A DNA stretch of 64,000 bases from Adineta vaga (taxonomy: Eukaryota; Animalia; Rotifera): assembly GCA_021613535.1 (NCBI GenBank), contig CP075494.1:13764001-13828000 (forward strand), given 5' to 3'. Below are positions 37,780 to 52,865 of the stretch, piece by piece (the first letter of the stretch is position 1; every line of letters begins with the position of its first letter). Under the pieces are notes generated by a model. It was given only the letters and a program-made list of their open reading frames with translations, ran no database searches and had not been told where the DNA came from. The position numbers and the translations under genes were made by a program.

Positions 37780-39335
37780 ATGTTGTCAACAGGAGATGTT
37801 CAAAATTATCTTCGTAAATTACAAACTGAATTACGTTTTATTAAATTTCGTGATGTTGATTACAAATCGTTCGTGACAGTTTCTTTCAATCATTTGTTTT
37901 CTTTTTTTTTTCTTCTCTCTCATAGACTTCAAACAGGCAATCCATGTGAACTATTAAAAATTTATCATTATGTTTTCTTGGATTTTAATCCCTTATTTGC
38001 TAAAAGTTTACTCGACAAATGTAATTGTGATTTCTATGGCAAAACGGACAGTCATTTTATTGATACAATGTATAAAGTAACTATATGAAAATATAAAGAG
38101 AAGAAAAGGAAATGATTGCATGATCAATTTTAGGCATTACGAGATCATTTTAGTTATAAACCACCAATAACTAAAGAACAATTTTTTACAACAGGTTTTG
38201 CTGAACGAAAATTACAAATGGCATGTGATGTCATTACACTTGTTCGACAAGAATGTAAAGAAATTAATATGATTCAACAGCAGAAACGTTCGGGATCAAA
38301 TTCAGCACGAGTATATTAAAAGGAAAAGTTAGTCTCTATTCTACATCTATGTATTTTAGGTAACTAATGGTAACAAAGAAAGGAAACGTATTTCATCAAG
38401 TACTCGTAAGTAGTGAGATGAAATGGTCATGTTTTTGTTTTGAATAGAAATATGAATTTCTAGAACAAGGACCTGTTTCGAATGTTTTTCATCCGTTACG
38501 AGATATGAGTTTGGAAGCAGGTAATCATGATATTGAAGAATTTACATCTGTTCAATCACATCGTTTACCGATGCCAAAACAACAACATATTGAAAATTGG
38601 TTAGATGGTTCGGAATTTGAACCGTCATGTAAATTAAATTGTTTTCTTTTTTAAATTAATTATCATGAGAAAATATTCGTTTAGCGAATCATCGAGGTCA
38701 ACATGAATCAATTACTGCAATGACAATTCATCGTTTAGAAGAACAAATTCAAACGTTAAAAGTTAAAGTAGAAGATATTAATGCTCGACTTGAAAATGTG
38801 ACTTCAGTTTTACAAGAAACTCATCCAGGAAATGTAAAAATATCTTTAGTTCTCTTCGAGAGAAAAATAATTGTTTACTTTAGAGCCTTTTATCATCATC
38901 TGATGTGACGAATTTCAATGCACGTTTGGTCATTGTAGAAAATGAACTGGCAATGTTACGACGAAAAACACCTCAAGTATGTAGAAACCAATAAAGAATT
39001 GCTTTTTTTGTTAAGCTATTCATTTATTCTCTGTAGAACAATGATAATCGTGTAAATATCATTGAACCGAAACCAAAACAACCATTCGTACCACAAGGTA
39101 TTCTTGTTGGTAAGTGAAATTTGAATTGATGCTGTTTTCATATGAATTGCTTACTGTTGTTTTTTTGTTTTGTGTTCAGATTCAGATGAAGAAGAAGAAA
39201 TGGTTAACAGCTATGCAGTAGGTTGAATTATCAAAGAATTTTGATTGATAATTTTGATTGAAATTTATCTAGATTGAAGAACCTACTCAAAATTTCGATG
39301 CAGTTGGACGAGCTCGATCATTACTTGAAAAGTAA
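37780..39335 (+). CDS. CEP44: Centrosomal protein CEP44-like
   Basis: STGDVQNYLRKLQTELRFIKF...GNP...YGKTDSHFIDTMYKALRDHFSYKPPITKEQFFTTGFAERKLQMACDVI fits the CEP44 N-terminal domain as I recall it. A C-terminal coiled coil follows. About 10 short exons. Confidence 0.82.
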
Positions 39336-39882
39336 TAGAAAACTTTTAATCATACATAATATATTTTATTGTATGTTTTAGTGCTGAGCAATGCAATCGT
39401 GATTTGTTACGAACAATTCAAGCGAAATGATAATAATAAATTTTCCTTTTTTATTCATTTTTTATCACATCGAAGGTGTGCGTGCGTGTGTGTGTGTAGG
39501 GTTGACTTAATGTTCATGAGTATCAGATATTTGAATAAATCAAATTTACTCGTATAGATTAGATATCTTGTTTGACTATGAATTGTAAAGTTCAATTTAA
39601 TTAAATAAAAATTAGGTTAATACTTTGGATATAGAATGATCGACAATCATATGCTCAAACTTGATTTGCCAAATAGAAAGTATTCACTCATCTGTTTATG
39701 ACTGTTAACATTCGTGTGCATGTACAGTATCTGTAGAGAGGTTTCTTATGATTTCTTTTTTTTTTGTTTGTTTTATTTATTCTTCTCGACTCAAAACAAT
39801 TGTTACTGATGATAATAATAACAATAATAAATTCGTTGAGTCGATCAATGTGGACCAATTCGATCGACCATGATTGTATTGT

Positions 39883-40447
39883 TTAAATACGTGATGGATA
39901 AAGCATCTATAATAAAAAAATTGATATATTTCAATTGAATTCGTTGAAGAATCAAAACTATTTACCACTCGAATTCGTCGTCCGATTGCTTTTGGTGGTA
40001 AATTACGACGGAATTTGGCACGAACAGAACCACTTTTACCATGAGCACGTGTTACCTTACCCCAAAGAATACGAACACGATTCAAACGTTTTTGACCAGG
40101 TACTAAAGTCTTGCTGAAAGACAAAAACGACAACGACCGACTTCTTTCGATATTGATCAACAATTTTTTTATTTACTTTTTGGCCTTATATACATAGGCA
40201 CAACGTTTACCCAAATAGAAGTTTGTATCACGTCGTGTATTGACACCGTCGAGTTTGAGTAGAGCAGTATTTTCATGTTGATTACGTTTACCACGTCGGA
40301 AACCGGTAAATGCTGCTTTTACATAAAGACTACGAGTAGAGAAGAACTTTCAAGATGAAAATCGTTTTTCGATCGAAATTTGAAAACATACCGGCCTTTT
40401 TTGATGTAAGAACCTTGTGGTTTTTCGACTTTTTTTGACGATGTCAT
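39883..40447 (-). CDS. RPL35A: 60S ribosomal protein L35a (eL33)
   Basis: [29 protein letters not shown]...[14 protein letters not shown]...[40 protein letters not shown]. Four coding exons. Confidence 0.97.
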
Positions 40448-42092
40448 CGCGGAGATGGGTAGTCAAATCTAAAAGAATAACAATTAGAAAATCTATTTGT
40501 TAAATTGAAAAAAACGACTGGACTAAACGGATATTTTTTCGAGTTTAGAAAGAAATGAAAATAAACAAACTACATGTACAGCTTTCTGATTGGTCTATCC
40601 TAAACCATTACTCATGTTCATTTTCTCAATAAATTTCTAAAGTACTTTCATAGTTTGGGTAGGTTATTTTCTGTAGATTAAAACCTTCGAAATTTTAAGT
40701 GATTTTATGTTTCAAAAATATTATCTTCATGATTTGGATTGGCTGACAAAATAGCCAATCGTAGTCATGTTGTGTCCTAGCAACAGCATTGCGAAACAGC
40801 TTTTCATCGATCAGTATAGTATCACTAATGGCTATGATCGAATGAATGTCCGACATCGAATCAACTGACAAAAAAGATAATCAATAATATTTATATTTGA
40901 TAGTTACTCCTTATTTAATAATACGCATATTCTTTGGATTTTTGTTGAAAAGGATTTTATCTGTAACGAAGATTATAGCATCATAGAGTCTGAGTTTTCA
41001 CTATTTGACGAGTCATGAAAAAAAGAAACAGATATTTCGAAGTTAATTTTCTGTTCAAACCAAAGTAATAATTTCTGGATGTTTGTGTATCTGCTAATTA
41101 TAAAGATGATCAGAATATTTGTCATAAAAATACTGTGAAAGGTGTGACGCGTTCGTTGAATGGATACATATTATTAAAAAAAGAGGTGTATTCGTATTTT
41201 TCCAGTACTTGAAGATTGAATGTTATCCGGAATAATCAAAAGTGCACTTAAACAGAGAAGGATTTGCTAATTCATGAAAATTGAAAAGCAATTTTAGTTT
41301 TCATTCGTTAAAACTGATCGCACATTTTAAAATTAACACACTGTTGCAGAAAACAATCTTTCATAATAATGAATTAAGAAAAATGGAAGATGTCTTTCCA
41401 ATTATCCCTAAAGAAAACGAATTACATTCATAGAGAATAAGATTCACTCTTATATTCAATTATCACACAACATGTTAATTGTACCAGCTTCATTAGACGT
41501 CAGGTTGTTTAGTACAAATTCTTCTCACAAAGTGTATCGGTAAAGCTTTTCAGAAAAAAATCATATCATGTCATAGAAGTCGCCGACAGCTTACATGTTT
41601 TGATTATGTAGACTTTTTGCTTCTTATTATAGTATCTGTTGATGTCAGGTATGATTTATTTTGAACTTGAATGAAAGCATATGACTTCTATTCCTGTTCA
41701 AGAAATATGATCAATTATTTCATTTTGATAATTTCCTTTTTTCAAATTACAATCAAGTACTTTTCAAAATTATTCTTTTGAAAGAATTTTTTTTCCATGT
41801 CTTATCTTGATAGGAATGCTCTGTCATTTCCGATTTAATCAAGCTTCTATGCTAGACGACATTCTTTGCCTTATGGGTAGATGAAAAACATCATTGTACA
41901 ACCTTCTTCACCTTTTTACGACTTCAATATCCATTTATTTGAACTCAAGCATAGGAAAATATCTTCTTATAACATATTCTCAATAAATGTTAACTTAGAA
42001 GATAAACTAGCAGAGATATAATTATATTCAATGCGGAAACAAAATAAGTTATTTTATATGCGTTTCTTTCACTTCTTGCTAATTATTTTGAC

Positions 42093-43305
42093 ATGTCAGT
42101 TATTACTTCTATGAGTTCATCAGAATATTCAACAAACTTACTTTCAACTAGTACACCTGTTTATATAGAACAGAACATGTCTACAACTGCCATATCAAGT
42201 CTGCAATTAGCAGCAAGTAACCTAACTTATGTCGCGATGATGTTTCTTCGATGCTACTGCTTTGTTGTCATACCTCTTGGCGTTATCGGTCATCTAATGA
42301 GTATCTATGTGTTTACTCGTCGTACAATGTCAAATAATCCTTGTGGAATGTACTTTTTGGCAGCTACTATTGTTGGATTAATCAATACATGTTATACATT
42401 ACCCATGAGAATGCTTCAATCTGGTTTTATTGATTCAGATCCAGGTGCATATTCAACTATGTTTTGTAAATTAACATGGTTGTCTCTCTATTCAATAAGG
42501 TATCTTAAAACTATATATTATGCTTGTCAATATGTTGTATTGAAGTTTACAACTCTTTTTCTTTTCTAGAGGTATATGTCCTTGGTTAGTTGTTTTGGCT
42601 TGTTGTGATCGATACTTATCTAGTTGTGCATCCGTAGGAATACGAGTTTGGAGTTCCTTACATGTTGCTCAACGAGTTATACCAGTGGCAATTATTCTCG
42701 GTATACTCCTTCATATTCATGTGCCTATAATGTTTAAAATCGACATTATACCTGCAACGCAAAAACCTGTCTGTTATCCTCCAGGTCCTCCTGGAACTTA
42801 TCGGGTAGTGTTTTCATTCTTCAATTTATTCTATGTTGGTCTGTTGCCATCATTCTGTATGCTCCTATTTGGTCTATTAGCATTTAAAAATATTGAACGA
42901 TCGAAACGACTTCTTGTAGCACCATCAAGAAATCTAGTGACTAAAAGTATCGAAAAAAATTTGAAAGTCAATAGACATATGTTCCGAATGTTATTCTTGC
43001 AAGTATCAGTATATTGTACAACGGGATTAACATATTCTATATCAGCCATCTATACAGCAGTGAATGCAAGTCAACCAAAGAATGTATTTCAAGTTTCTCA
43101 AGAAAATATGATTACAGTCGTTGTTGGAATTGTTTCAAACACTGGTCCTTGTCTGAGTTTTTATTTATTTACACTTTCAAGTAGTTTATTTCGAAAAGAA
43201 CTCAAGAAGTTGTTTCGTAGATCTAAACCTATTACTCGCCCATTGCGAGAAAATACAACTCAAACGGCTGCCATCGATCGTCCTCATAGAACAACTAGAG
43301 TATAA
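42093..43305 (+). CDS. Orphan rhodopsin-like (class A) GPCR
   Basis: Two exons (intron about 42500-42569). Seven hydrophobic segments, with GVIGHLMSIYVF, ACCDRY and FYLFTLSSSLFRKEL. N-terminal glycosylation sequons. Confidence 0.85.
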
Positions 43306-44490
43306 TCGGATTCTAATGAATACAAATATGAAATACTTTTTAATTTCTCCTATAAATAAATAAACTAATTACTTTCTTTGTTCATTTCATATATTATTAA
43401 ACACTTCTTGTTGAGATTTCCAGATAGGATGCATGTTAATTTTCCACTATTATCTCAAACATATCAATGGAATACTATTTATTTACATTTTCCAATGATT
43501 TCTAACATTTAGTAACATAGGAAAAATAGAGAAACATTGTTTTAAAATTTTATGGTGATTATGAATCAAACTTCTAATTTTAAGTTATTGATGAAAGGAC
43601 GATGTATTTATAGTTGTTCAATGATACATGTCTAGTTTTTTAAGAATTTTTAAAGTATATTTTTCTTCCATAGAAACAGAAAGACAAAGTAACAAAATGT
43701 TATTTTTCTTCTTTTGTTTTGTCCTTATTTATTATTATAAACGTGCCTACAACCCATTTCTTTCTCTTCGCAAACGCGCATATAAGATCGCTAATGTTCA
43801 TTACGTCAATTTTACCTTCGCATTCATATATCATATTTAAAGAAAGGTTTCCTTTGTGAAAAAAAAGAATGCTTTGAAACTTAGGTTGTTTTTTTTAAAG
43901 TTATTGAATAGAAAAAATAACTTCTCTTCGATATTTCAATCGCTCATATGGTTACGTAAATAGACAAGAAAAATATGTATGACAATTTGAAGAAGAAATT
44001 GATCTGTTCTTTTTTCTCATTTTATTTTTATATTCATATTTTAAGAATACATGATGAGAGTATTTTGTACCAGTCTGTAGATATCACATAAAGTTTGTCA
44101 TCAATGAAAAAAAAAACTTTTGATCAACATGCGTGTCCGCTTTTTTTCCTTTTCTCTCACCCTTTTTTTTTATGTATATGTATGATATTTATCATTAGGA
44201 AGAAAAGAGAAGATATTAAATCAACGACGTTCGATATGGACCATATGCTATGCAATCGTGAACAGAAGAAAAAGGTAAGCGTAAAACATGTCCTTTTATG
44301 TATATCTAAATAGAAAAAACAACAGAAATCTCGTCGATAAAATGACGTCAAAAAACATTGATGCTTACTTTTTGTATTATATCATACTATTAGTTTTTCT
44401 CTTCTTCTAGATGTTTCTATAAACAAAATAAAAAGCATTGATTTCATACGATGAGAAATTGATCATTTACAGACATAATAGCAAGTGAAA

Positions 44491-47400
44491 ATGGGTAATT
44501 TTCTTGTGGTTCCAACCTTTCGTCGTAAAATCAAACGTTCAAAAGTGAATATTGATCCGTCATCTATAGAATTACAATCAACAACAGCACAACATAAAGA
44601 TTATCATGTTTATTATGATGCTTCACCAGTGACAGATTCATCGTTGTGGATTAATATAAAAAATCGACGAAAACATGGATCACAATCGAATCGAATTCGA
44701 ACGACACGTTATAATATTTTAACATTTTTACCAAAGAATATTTTCGAACAATTTCATCGTATAGCTAATATTTATTTCGCAATATTAATTGGTCTCAATT
44801 GGGTACCTGTGATTAATGCTATTTCTAAAACTGTAAATCTTCTTTCTTCAAAAATCATCTTTCTGTATATATATATATATATATATATGTCGTTTTCATT
44901 CAGGTTGCTTTTATTCCATTGACTGTAATTTTAACTATAACTGCTGTCAAAGATCTCGTCGAAGATTTAAAACGATGGAGAAGTGATGTACATATCAATA
45001 ATCAAATGAGTGAAGTTTATGATAAGTAATTGCTTTTGTACTACTAATTTCATATATGATTAAATACATTTTCTCTCGTACATAGAACATCTCGAACATT
45101 TGTACAATGTAAATGGCAAGATTTATCTGTTGGAGATATTATTCGTGTACATGTTGGTCAAATAGTTCCAGCTGATATTCTTTTATTATCATCAGCATCA
45201 TCTGAAAATACTTGTTATTTAGATACAGCTGCTATTGATGGTGAAACAAATTTAAAACAAAAAAGTATTCCATCATGTTTTTTAAATTTATCACAACCGG
45301 AAGGCACAAGTTTTGAATTACAATGTGATCCACCTACAGATGATATTTATCATTTTCATGGAAGAATTGTATTTTCATCCGACACTGATATCTATCCATG
45401 TGATAATAATAATGTTCTGCTACGTGGATGTGTATTACGAATTACAGATTATATTGATGGATTGATCATATATGCTGGTAAGTAACTTTTGATGTTTGAT
45501 TTGATTTATGCTAACAAAATAAAACTAACTTAGGTAATGAAACAAAAGTTATTAAATCATCGAAGATTGCTTCGAGTAAACATGCACTTATTGAACGATA
45601 TATTAATCGTGATGTACTATTTTCAAGTTTAATATTAATCTTCTTATGTTTACTTGGTGCTGGTCTATCATTACGTTGGGAACGTTCATTTGGACATAAA
45701 CGATTATTCGTACCGTTTGTAATAGATCATCCATTTAGTGAACCAGCTGGTCATTTCTTTGCATCGGCATTACGTTTTATGATTCTATTTCAAGTTCTAG
45801 TTCCCATTGCATTGTATGTATCATTGGATATCGTTCGTGTTTTACAAATGTATAGAATTGCACGAGATAAAAATATGAAATATGAACATCCGATTAGTTG
45901 TCGAACATTTACAATTAATGAAGATCTTGGACAAATTGGTTATGTGTTTTCCGATAAAACAGGAACAATAACACAAAATAAACTTGTTTTCAAAGCTGTC
46001 TCTATTGGTGGTTTACACTATTCGAATCGGTAAACACACACACACATTTTTATCGCCTCTATGATACCGTTTCTTTTTCAGTTCTGATTTACCCGTGAAT
46101 AAAGATCAAACTATGCATCATTTTCTAACAACATTAGCAATATGTAATACCTCGTTTATTGTTCATGAACATCGTGAATTAATGTCTCATATTGATTATC
46201 AACCGAAATATGAAGGTGATAATGCTGATGATCTTGTACTTTGTCAAGCAGCGTCTGACTTTGGTGTTCGAATGTTATCACGTTCCGCACAATCTATTGT
46301 TGTTCGATCTATTAATTTAACAGATACAGAAAAAGAAGATATTGAATATGAAATTTTATGTTTAATACCATTTGATTCAAGTCGAAAACGAATGTCAATT
46401 GTTGTTCGCCGAGAAAATCGAATCTATTTGTATATTAAAGGTGCAGAAACGTCAATATGGTCAAATTTAAGTAGTTCAAATGATGAAGATATCAAATTAA
46501 CAACTGAACAACATAGTCTAGGTTTTGCTGAACAAGGATATCGTTCTTTATTAGTTGCATATCGAGAAATATCAATCGATGAATTCGAACCATGGTTTGA
46601 ACGGTATCGATATGCAGCGAATTCATTAGATAATCGTGAAGAAGCTATTTCTGAAGTAGCAACTACTATTGAACATAGTTTAATCCTAGCAGGATTAACA
46701 GCTGTCGAAGATAAATTACAAGAAGGTGTACCAAGAACAATAGCAACATTACGATGTGCTGGTATCAAAGTTTGGCTTTTGACAGGAGATAAACAAGCAA
46801 CAGCTTTGAGTACAGCACAAGCAGCATCATTGGTCAATATACCACGAACAGGACATTCAGATCATATTACATTAACTGAAGTAAATGTCGAATTATTTTC
46901 ATTTGAATAGATGTTGTTTTTTCTACGAAAGTGAATACTTTTAGAGCAATGTTCCGATAATGACTACCTGGGATTTTGATGAAACAACACAAGCACATTT
47001 AAATCGACATACTCATATGATATATTATAGTTCACAATTAATTGAAATAGATCAACAATTGAGTACGTTGAATTCATTGTTTCAAACTTTTCCGTGCAAA
47101 CAATTATTTCTGTTTAGATACTCGAGATGGAGGAATATCGAATGAGACACGTACGAATGCAACTATCGCTCGAATGAGTGAAGTTATTGCTGCACAAACA
47201 CTACCTGTCTGTCTCGTAGTAACAGGTGATGATTTAGGTATTATTTTACAATATGGATCAAAGGAATTTATTCACGTAGCTGCACAATGTCAATCAGTTC
47301 TGTTTTGTCGTGTATCTGCTACACAAAAACGTGAATTAGTAACACTAGCAAAGTCTGTTTTTAAACAGCGAATTCTAGCTATTGGTGATGGTGCCAATGA

Positions 47401-48310
47401 TGTTGGAATGATTCGTGAATCTCATTGTGGTATAGCTGTTTTCGGTCGTGAAGGTTCTCAAGCAGTTGCTGCCGGTGATTTTGCAGTGGATCGTTTTGAA
47501 TGCCTTCGTCATCTGTTACTCGTTCATGGTGCATGGTGTTTTACACGTACAAGTGATTTAATTCTATATACATTTATGCATAATTGTCAATATGTACTCG
47601 TAATATTTTATCATCAAATCTTTAATGGATATTCCGGAGCTGTTTCTATTCATTCATTTTGTAAGTTATTTCGAGAACAGATTTTTAAAATAAACTTTAT
47701 TTTTTTAGATATTATTCTATACACAAGTTTATTTACTGTTCTTCCTCAAGTAAGTTTTCATAAAAGAGAAATATTCAATTTCATGTTTCATATTTAGTGT
47801 GCTGCTGCATTATTTGATCAACATGTTCCAGCTGAACGAGCTCTACGTGAACCACAACTTTATCAATATACTCTACATGGTAAACCATATCGTATGTCAT
47901 CATATTGGTTAAATATGGTCGATGCTGTTTGGCAAAGTACAATTATCTTTTTTATTTCATATTATTCCTATCGACATCAATCAGATATCGATCGATTATC
48001 ATTTGGTTTTTCTCTTGTATTCAGTATGATTGTGACTTCTTTACTACATGTTATCTTACAAACTTCACGCATTGATTGGTCAGTAGTAGGCTCCACAATA
48101 TTAAGTTTTCTAGTATTTCTTGGTTTTACACTTGTTATCGATGCAACCTGTGTTAAATGTATTCCAGGTGAAAGTCCATACAATGTTTCTTATCGAACAT
48201 TTCGTCAAGGACCATTTTGGTTTACAAATATTTTGATTGTTATTACAGCAATGCTACCACGTTTTGCATTTAAATGTATTTATAATACAATACGTCGACC
48301 TCTCAATTGA
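44491..48310 (+). CDS. P4-type ATPase (phospholipid flippase, ATP10-like)
   Basis: [99 protein letters not shown] and [11 protein letters not shown]. Confidence 0.92.
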
Positions 48311-48659
48311 ACATATATATATGTGATAAGGAATCTCAGGTCCAGTGATAATGTTAAATTTATACGTGTGTGTTCTTTTTTTTTCTTATATGACTATTGT
48401 TGGATGTGATTTCGAAATAAAACGTTGAATTAGTGACGCGATTTTGTCAGAACAGAGAAAAACACCATGATACTCGCGTAGTATTTAACCTGAGTCATTT
48501 TCATCTGTTCGTCATAAAGCAAAAAATACTTACGCAATTTCTAATGTCTAGTATATAAGAGGACGTTTTTGAAACAGCATATCATATTTCCTAGTTATTG
48601 TGACTATCGTACGTACTCGTTTATTTTCCAACAAACATTTATCCAAAACATGCGTATAA

Positions 48660-51600
48660 ATGTCCAACGAAAAATCACAACTACCATTATCCAAGTAAAA
48701 TTTCTACTGATATATAGTTGTACATATGCATATATCCTCTCGATTATAGGGCAACGAATGTTGCTGAGAAAACTTCTAAGGAATGTAACGTCACATTTGA
48801 AGTGAGTAAGAACGAAGTATCAGATGATCAATGTAACCAAAATGAAACACGTGGAAATGTAGCTGAAGCTTCATCAATGACCAAAAAGAAGCCAGCTTCG
48901 AAAAAGAAAGGTGGTCCTAGTATTACAATGGTATACAATATTGTCTTCGAAATAATAGTCAGATATTAGATTATTTCTCTTTAGTTGAATATAATCAAAG
49001 CACAACAAAATGCACGATTGCAAGCTGAAATAGAAGCAGCTGCGAAAGCTGCAGAAGATCTTCGTACTATAGAAAAAGCCAAACAAGAAAAAGACGAAAG
49101 TGAAAGGTTGAAAGAAGAAGATCGTGAAAAGAAAAAAGAGAAGGAAAAACAACGTATTGAACGAAAAAAACAAGAAGGTACATATCAAACTAAAGGACAA
49201 CGAGAAAAATATCGTCGTGCTCAAATTCAACTTGGACAATCTGGTATTCATGTTCCATCACGTCATCAATCGGCAACATCGACTCGTAGTGACTCAACTC
49301 AAAAACGAATGTTATATGAAGATCATCGAAAAAAAGATACGATTGGTATGAGTTAAAAACTGATTTCAGTAATGTTGGAAATAATTTTTTTGTAGCATCC
49401 GATACTTTATTAACATCAGCAATGATACCGATTGTAAGTGAAAATGACGACATGATTGAAGTAAGTTTCGATTAAGAAACGAAAAATTTATTAGATATCG
49501 ATCATTTACATTAGAAAGGATATAGTTCAACAGATAGCTGGGCAGATGATTGTGAAGAAGATAACACAAAAATTGAAGTGAAGTCTGGTTTAACAGCAGA
49601 ACATGAAAATCAAAAAGAAGAAGATGAAGATGAAAATGATCTAGGTTTAACATCTTTGGAACGTGTACGTCGTCGTCTTGAAAGGTATCATGACATATGT
49701 GAAAGTCATCGTACAATTGAAAATCTTCGAGCGCCGGTGATTTGTGTTTTGGGTCATGTCGATGCTGGTAAAACGACAATTCTAGATAATCTACGTCGAA
49801 CTCATGTGCAAGACGATGAAGCTGGAGGAATTACTCAACAAATTGGTGCAACTAATGTTCCATTAGAAACAATTCTTGAACGAATCAAAATGTGTCGCAA
49901 AATCATTACTCGACAAGGCGATCTTCTTGTGCCAGGCTTATCAATTATTGATACACCTGGACATGCAATATTTGATAATTTACGAGCACGTGGATCATCA
50001 CTTTGTGATCTAGCCATTCTTGTCGTTGATATAATGAAAGGAATTCAACCACAAACGATCGAATCAATTCGTTTATTAACTGAAAAACAAACACCATTTA
50101 TCATTGCTTTGAATAAGGTTTGTTTTCGAAAGTAAATGTTGTGTCATCTTTTATCTACCATCTCTTTTTCTAGATTGATTTATTGTATGATTGGAAAGGT
50201 GATCGCAAACAAAATGTAGAATATGTTCTCGAAAAGCAAAATCAAAATACGCAGTATCAATTTGAAAAACGTTGCAATTATATTATTGGTCAATTTGCTG
50301 AACAGGTAAGATTATCAATATAAATAAGAAATATAAGACGAAATATATTTTGTTTGTGTTAAGTGTTTAAATGTTGCTCTTTACAACAAAAATCCAGATT
50401 CAAACGAATATTATTCAATGGTACCAACTTCAGCACGATCTGGCGATGGCATGGGTTCATTAATAGCAATGATTATTGAGAAATGTCAAACAACACTTGC
50501 AAAACATATTGCATATTCCGAAGAAGTACAAGCAACGGTTTTAGAGGTAAAAACAATTCGTGGCTTTGGTACAACACTTGATGTTGTTCTTATCGATGGG
50601 TGCTTATGTCGTGGAGACAAAATCATAATTGCTGGTCAAGAAGGTCCAATCACTACTCAAATACGAGTACTACTTGTTCCTGAATTGAATCAAGATATTC
50701 GAATGACAGTAAATCATCTCTATTCATTTGATATTTTTCAATATCTCATTGAATCTTCATTTAGACTCAATATAAAGATCAAGAGAAAGTTACCGGTGCA
50801 TGTAGTATAAAAATCGTTGCAAAAGATTTAGAGAAATCATTGGCTGGTTTACCATTATTTGTTATTCGAAAACAAGATGAAATCGATTATTATACAGTGG
50901 AAATACAAAGGATGATAACTGATATGTTGAATTTAATTCAATTGGAAGAAAGTGGAGTGTATGTTCAAACATCAACATTTGGTTCATTGGAAGCTTTCCT
51001 TAAACTTTTAAAAACCCATCATATTCCGGTAGAATATCTTAAGTTGAATGAAATAAACATTTTCATTTTCATCTACTTTATAGTGTGCAGGAGTGAATAT
51101 TGGACCAGTACATCGAAAAGATATTATGCGAGCATCAACTCAACTTGAGAAGGATAAACAGTAAGTGATATGAAACGATTGTAATCTGGCCTTTTTCATA
51201 AGATTTATTTCAATTAGATGGGCATGTTTATTGGTATTTGATGTGAAAATTGAACCAACTGCACAGGAATATGCAAAAACTCTTGGTATATTAATCATCT
51301 CTGTCAATTAACGTAGCATATATATTTCTTTTGCTTAGGTTTAAGAATTTTGCAAAGTGATGGTGTGTATAATCTATGTGATATGTTTCTTGCATATCAA
51401 GAAGAGAAATTCAAAGAAAAACAAGAAAAACATCGACATCTCGTTGTCTATCCATGTAAACTACGTATTCTATGGAATCATGTTTATAATACATCTAATC
51501 CAATTATTTGTGGTGTACGAGTTGAAGATGGTTTTGTTAAAATCGGTACACCGATATGCGTTCCATCAAAAGATGTACGTATCGAATCGAATGAGATGTT

Positions 51601-51955
51601 ACATGTAATCATAGAAAAATATATTTAGAATATCGATCTTGGTCGCATTGTTGGTATAAAGAAGAATGATACATCAGTGGAAATAGCCGAGAAAGGTTCT
51701 GAAGTGTCAATTAAAATCGAAGCAATAAATCGTGAAGAATTGAAAATGTACGGCCGACATTTTGATCACAATGATTTATTAATAAGCAAAGTAAATCGAG
51801 AGAATTGAATTGTTGAGTAATTTAAAACCTGCATCTATTTCATTTAGATATCACGTGAATCAATCGATATTCTCAAAGCTTATTTTCGGCAGGATATGAA
51901 ATCGGATTATTGGAAATTAGTTATCGAACTGAAAAAATTATTTCATATCGTTTAA
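48660..51955 (+). CDS. EIF5B: Eukaryotic translation initiation factor 5B (divergent copy)
   Basis: Charged N-terminus. [60 protein letters not shown] and [24 protein letters not shown]. The exons I traced stay in frame. Confidence 0.9.
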
Positions 51956-52865
51956 AATCATATTCGCATATTAATCTAGAAGAAGTACTTCTTAATTTCC
52001 ATTCATTAAGTTATGTAAAATGTTTCATTATATTAAAAATATCTAATCAACAAAGAACTGTCTTCTTTTCTACTTGATAAATCATGCTGAATGACAAAAA
52101 CATATTGGTTAATGAACAATACCACTTTATTAAACATGCACATGATAAAAAGAATCTTTTTTTTTTGTCTTCAAACACCAACAAGAATACAATAGGAATG
52201 GGTACCAGGCAAAAAATTCGAAAAAAAATCGATACCAAAAGAAAGAAAAAAGAGGAAATCAAGTACTTTGTATATGAGAACATATTCATTATGGAAAAAA
52301 GAACCAAACTCGGGCAGAAAAATATGACTTGAAATAGAAAAAAAACTGAAGGAAACATCGCCATTATCATATATATATATAATTTTCTTTCGTTAACACA
52401 CCCACACACATTTTCATGTACACATGATTATGAGTTGTCACTGTTCTTCGCAAAAGTTTGAATAAAGAAAATAGAAAGTCTAGGAATGTGGCTTCTTATG
52501 CATATCTGTTTGTGTGTGTGGGGAGAAATATTCTGTGAAGAAATTATTGCATGTATCAAGCGGAAATAGGAAAAAAAGGAATAAGTATGCACAGAACAAG
52601 ACCAACAACAATAAGCACAACATCAGACGAAACGAAAGAGCATACAAGAAAGAGAAAAAAAAACAGGAGCAAAAGAAAAAAGCTGGTTATGTTAATTTGT
52701 TTGCATCTTGATATGCACATATGTTGTGGTTTTGTTTGTTTTCTAAGAAGAATATTGCACATTGAGAGAGAAGAAAATTCTAAGATAATACGACAGAAAA
52801 GGAAATGAAAATATATGTATGTATAGAATGACTGTCTATAGGGAAAGAATAGTTTTTGATTGAAA

